NCBI GenBank assembly: GCA_000708835.1
Contig: DF237303.1
Location: 1-64,000 of the forward strand
Length of the DNA stretch: 64,000 bases
Reading direction: 5' to 3'
From: Klebsormidium nitens
Taxonomy: Eukaryota; Plantae; Klebsormidiophyceae
Shown: piece after piece, positions 61,326 through 64,000 of the stretch
How positions within the stretch are numbered: position 1 is the first letter of the stretch
Layout: every line of letters starts with the position of its first letter
Notes under the pieces: model-generated
The model's database searches: none
What the model was told of the DNA's origin: nothing
What the model saw: only the letters and a program-made list of their open reading frames with translations
Made by a program: the position numbers and the translations under genes

Positions 61326-62265
61326 CCTTGGAAATTGTCTAAGATCAGAGTCTTTAGCTCAAGAGAAGCTCAGTTACTGAGCCATTCAGCTGTACATAGC
61401 CCCATTGCACCTGAGTTGGACTCCTAAGGATGCCAGCTCACTCAGAGCTTCAAACTCCGCACGCTCTTCAGCTCCTTCTGACCTACATAGCACCTACATA
61501 GCAAATTGCTTCTCGCAAACGTTTCTTCGCTCGGAGAGCTCAGCTGTGGCAATGATGATGCTTCTGACATCACCGAGCTGCTCACCGTCCACAGCTTCTG
61601 ATGTAGCCCTAGGTTACGAGAGGTAAGCTTATACAGGCTCTCTTACACAGGCTGGACTCAAGGTGAAGTGGCGCTTGGCAGCAGGCCCGACTCTACAGAC
61701 TACAGACGCGAGGCGCCTTAATACAGGATCGACAGCGTAAAGGAAGCAATTTGCTACCTATACCGTACGGTATGTACATATGTAGGTCAGCTAGAAGGGT
61801 TCCAGAATGAACAATGATCCGATCGTGTCCGGCAAACCGTTTCCTGCTTGAGCGAGACTCTGGTAAGCTTCATCGGACGGTCACAAGGGCCAAAGGTTCA
61901 TCGAGGTTTACGCGAGACCCTCAACCTCAGCGCAGAACGCCTCTAAAAGGCGGGCGCGGCGGCGTGGCCGCGAGTCGCCCGGCCTGAGCCGTAAAATTGT
62001 GGCAAAAATTTGAAATCAAGCGCTCTGAGTCTCTGAAGTACCTAGGCAGGTCCTAGGTAGGTAACTAGGAGAGGTAAGCTTTGCAGGCGCAGCTTTGAGG
62101 TACTTTCGCCGCCTGCTTTCAATAGTTTCTCTCAAAAGGCTCTTCAGGATCCAACGCTCTCTCTGCTTCAAATCAGAGTTTGTGTGGACACTAGCAGTAT
62201 CAATTACTAGCAGAAGAGCTGCCGGCGACTCAGAAGTGGAGGGTGAAGCAGCGGTAGTCTCGAAG

Positions 62266-63720
62266 ATGGGTCCACGGAAGAGCACAACGCCAAAGAAGTT
62301 GCCTATGCCTGAGCCACTGGAAGAGGACAAACAGCCACCTGCGGGAGAGTCTGATGAGGAGTATGATGGGGATGAGAGCAGCGAGGAGGAGAAAGAGGAG
62401 GAGCTGGTAAGGTACCAGCTTATGGTGATTAGCACTGGCAGAACTTTTGTAAAGAACAGCCAATCAGCGCTACAGATTGAACCGTTTTTTCTGAAGTCTG
62501 TGATCCCGAAATAAGGTTCTTGGTTGAAAATAATCAAACATGTGCAACAGCAATCGTCACGTAAAACTTTCAAAGGGACTGATGATCATTGCAAGGAAAT
62601 AGAGCTGATTACAAAATTTCATAGAGCTTAGCGCAGCCAAGTAGTAGAAGAGGTTTTGATTGATTGCAGCATTGCAAAGTTTTGGTGGTGACTTGCAGAC
62701 TGCAAGCGATTGCTCACATGTTAGAAGAGTGCTTATTGCCTGCAAAGCATGGGAAGAAACTCTCCTGGATTCAGTCCAACAACACAGGCCTGTTCTTGAT
62801 GACATTGACTTTGTCCTTGGAAGACACTGTACCCATTGATTGATGTTGTTGCTCATGTGCGACCAGATTCTACCAATTCTGGATACTTTCACAAATAACT
62901 GCAAGCATTCCTCTCTGGAAACAATGCGACCAACTGCAAGTGCTTGGCGTCAGACACCTTACAGCAACGCGGGAAAATCATTGCTGTGGTCGGGTTTTGG
63001 CGGTCATGTTGTGGAATCTGCAAATGAGTCCAACTTTGCAGGGGAAGTGGTTGATGTCGCTTCATAGGTTGGTGTAATACAGCAAGTTCCTGAGCCTCTA
63101 CAGCGAGCGTGTTGCTGCGAGAGTTTTTTGAAGACTGCGATTGTTACTGAACTCAGAAACACCATTCTGACTTTGCAGGATTTTGCTAGCGCGTTGAGGA
63201 TGGTCCAAGCAACCAAGCACAAGGCTTGGCTAGAGTCCAAATCTGCAAACAAGAAGAAGCGAAAGGTGACCAAAATTGTGTACGGTTGTTGATGAATTCC
63301 TGGGACGATGATCTTGCAGAAGAGATCAATACTTTGGCACTTGAGTGAGGACTTTGTTCTGATGTTAAGAGCGAAGCAACGTTGTTACTACTCTATGGTG
63401 TTTGTACTAAGGATTACATGCTAAAGTGATTGCACCGAAGGCCCCCAGACTGACTTGATGACCAGGTATCAGGATGCTTGGTTTGTGATGAGCAACATCA
63501 AATCAGCAATGGATATGACAACGCGCAACTTTTGCTCAGGAACTCCATCTTTGTCTTTCTATTGAGAATAGGGAGGGTCGCAAGTAAGCCAGTCCCAGAT
63601 TGCCTAGCCAGTCTTTCTTTGATAAACTTCTGTAATGCCTGGCAGGCGGACCCAGCTGCCAAAGCTAGCACGACAACCAAGGAGGTCAAGAAATCAAAGG
63701 TCAAGCTCTACACTGTTGAG
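62266..63720 (+). CDS. 5' part of a gene of unknown function with an acidic N-terminus; continues past the window
   Basis: Candidate exon 62266-62406 (MGPRKSTTPKKLPMPEPLEEDKQPPAGESDEEYDGDESSEEEKEEEL|gtaagg) and exon 63646-63720 (cag|ADPAAKASTTTKEVKKSKVKLYTVE|gtgac). Both are phase 0, and the gene is divergent from DYNLT1. Confidence 0.45.
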
Positions 63721-64000
63721 GTGACACCCTGCTCTCGTCAGCCTCTCAGTATTTCGGAGTTACTTGCTCTTGTACCTGAGTGGCATTAGAGTCTTGTTGA
63801 AATTGAGGATTGTTTGCTCATGCTGACCAGATCAAAAGCTCAAAAGATACTGCCAGTTCTGCAAGTCCGCTGTGAGCGAGAGAGCGAGAGGCATCTGTCA
63901 CTAAAGGACGATGTATCAAACTTCTGACTGTCTTTGATGAGGCTCACACTGAGGAAGTCCGCTTGATGGAGCCAAGAGGGCAGTTTGGCATTGCCCGTTG

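Overview
Intron-rich eukaryotic nuclear DNA. GC3-rich exons, plant-type orthologs and cilia-linked genes suggest a streptophyte green alga with a flagellate stage, such as Klebsormidium (inference). I assembled gene models by hand from splice sites and reading-frame continuity. They are: NCS2/NAT uric acid-xanthine permease (-), gankyrin/PSMD10 (-), WDR47 (+), an intronless F-box-like gene (+), TTC1 with a long acidic N-terminus (-), the m6A writer subunit METTL14/MTB (-), a PH(LRR1/PIF1-like)-ER/K helix-NFKBIL1-like protein (+), Tctex-1/DYNLT1 (-) and a partial gene at the right edge. Mobile elements are four TA-flanked MITE-like elements and one LINE 3' fragment. The most striking unexplained structure is a set of tandem 'echo' copies of exon-intron junctions in 3' introns of three genes. 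Decayed acceptor+exon-start copies lie upstream of the real exon, and decayed exon-end+donor copies lie downstream. Many keep AG or GT, and three could form in-frame cassette exons. CpG content also rises 5'-to-3' along gene bodies, and two genes have a single-base frameshift at or near G/C homopolymer runs, probably assembly errors. No rRNA, tRNA or CRISPR array was recognised. All coordinates are manual and unverified by transcript data.
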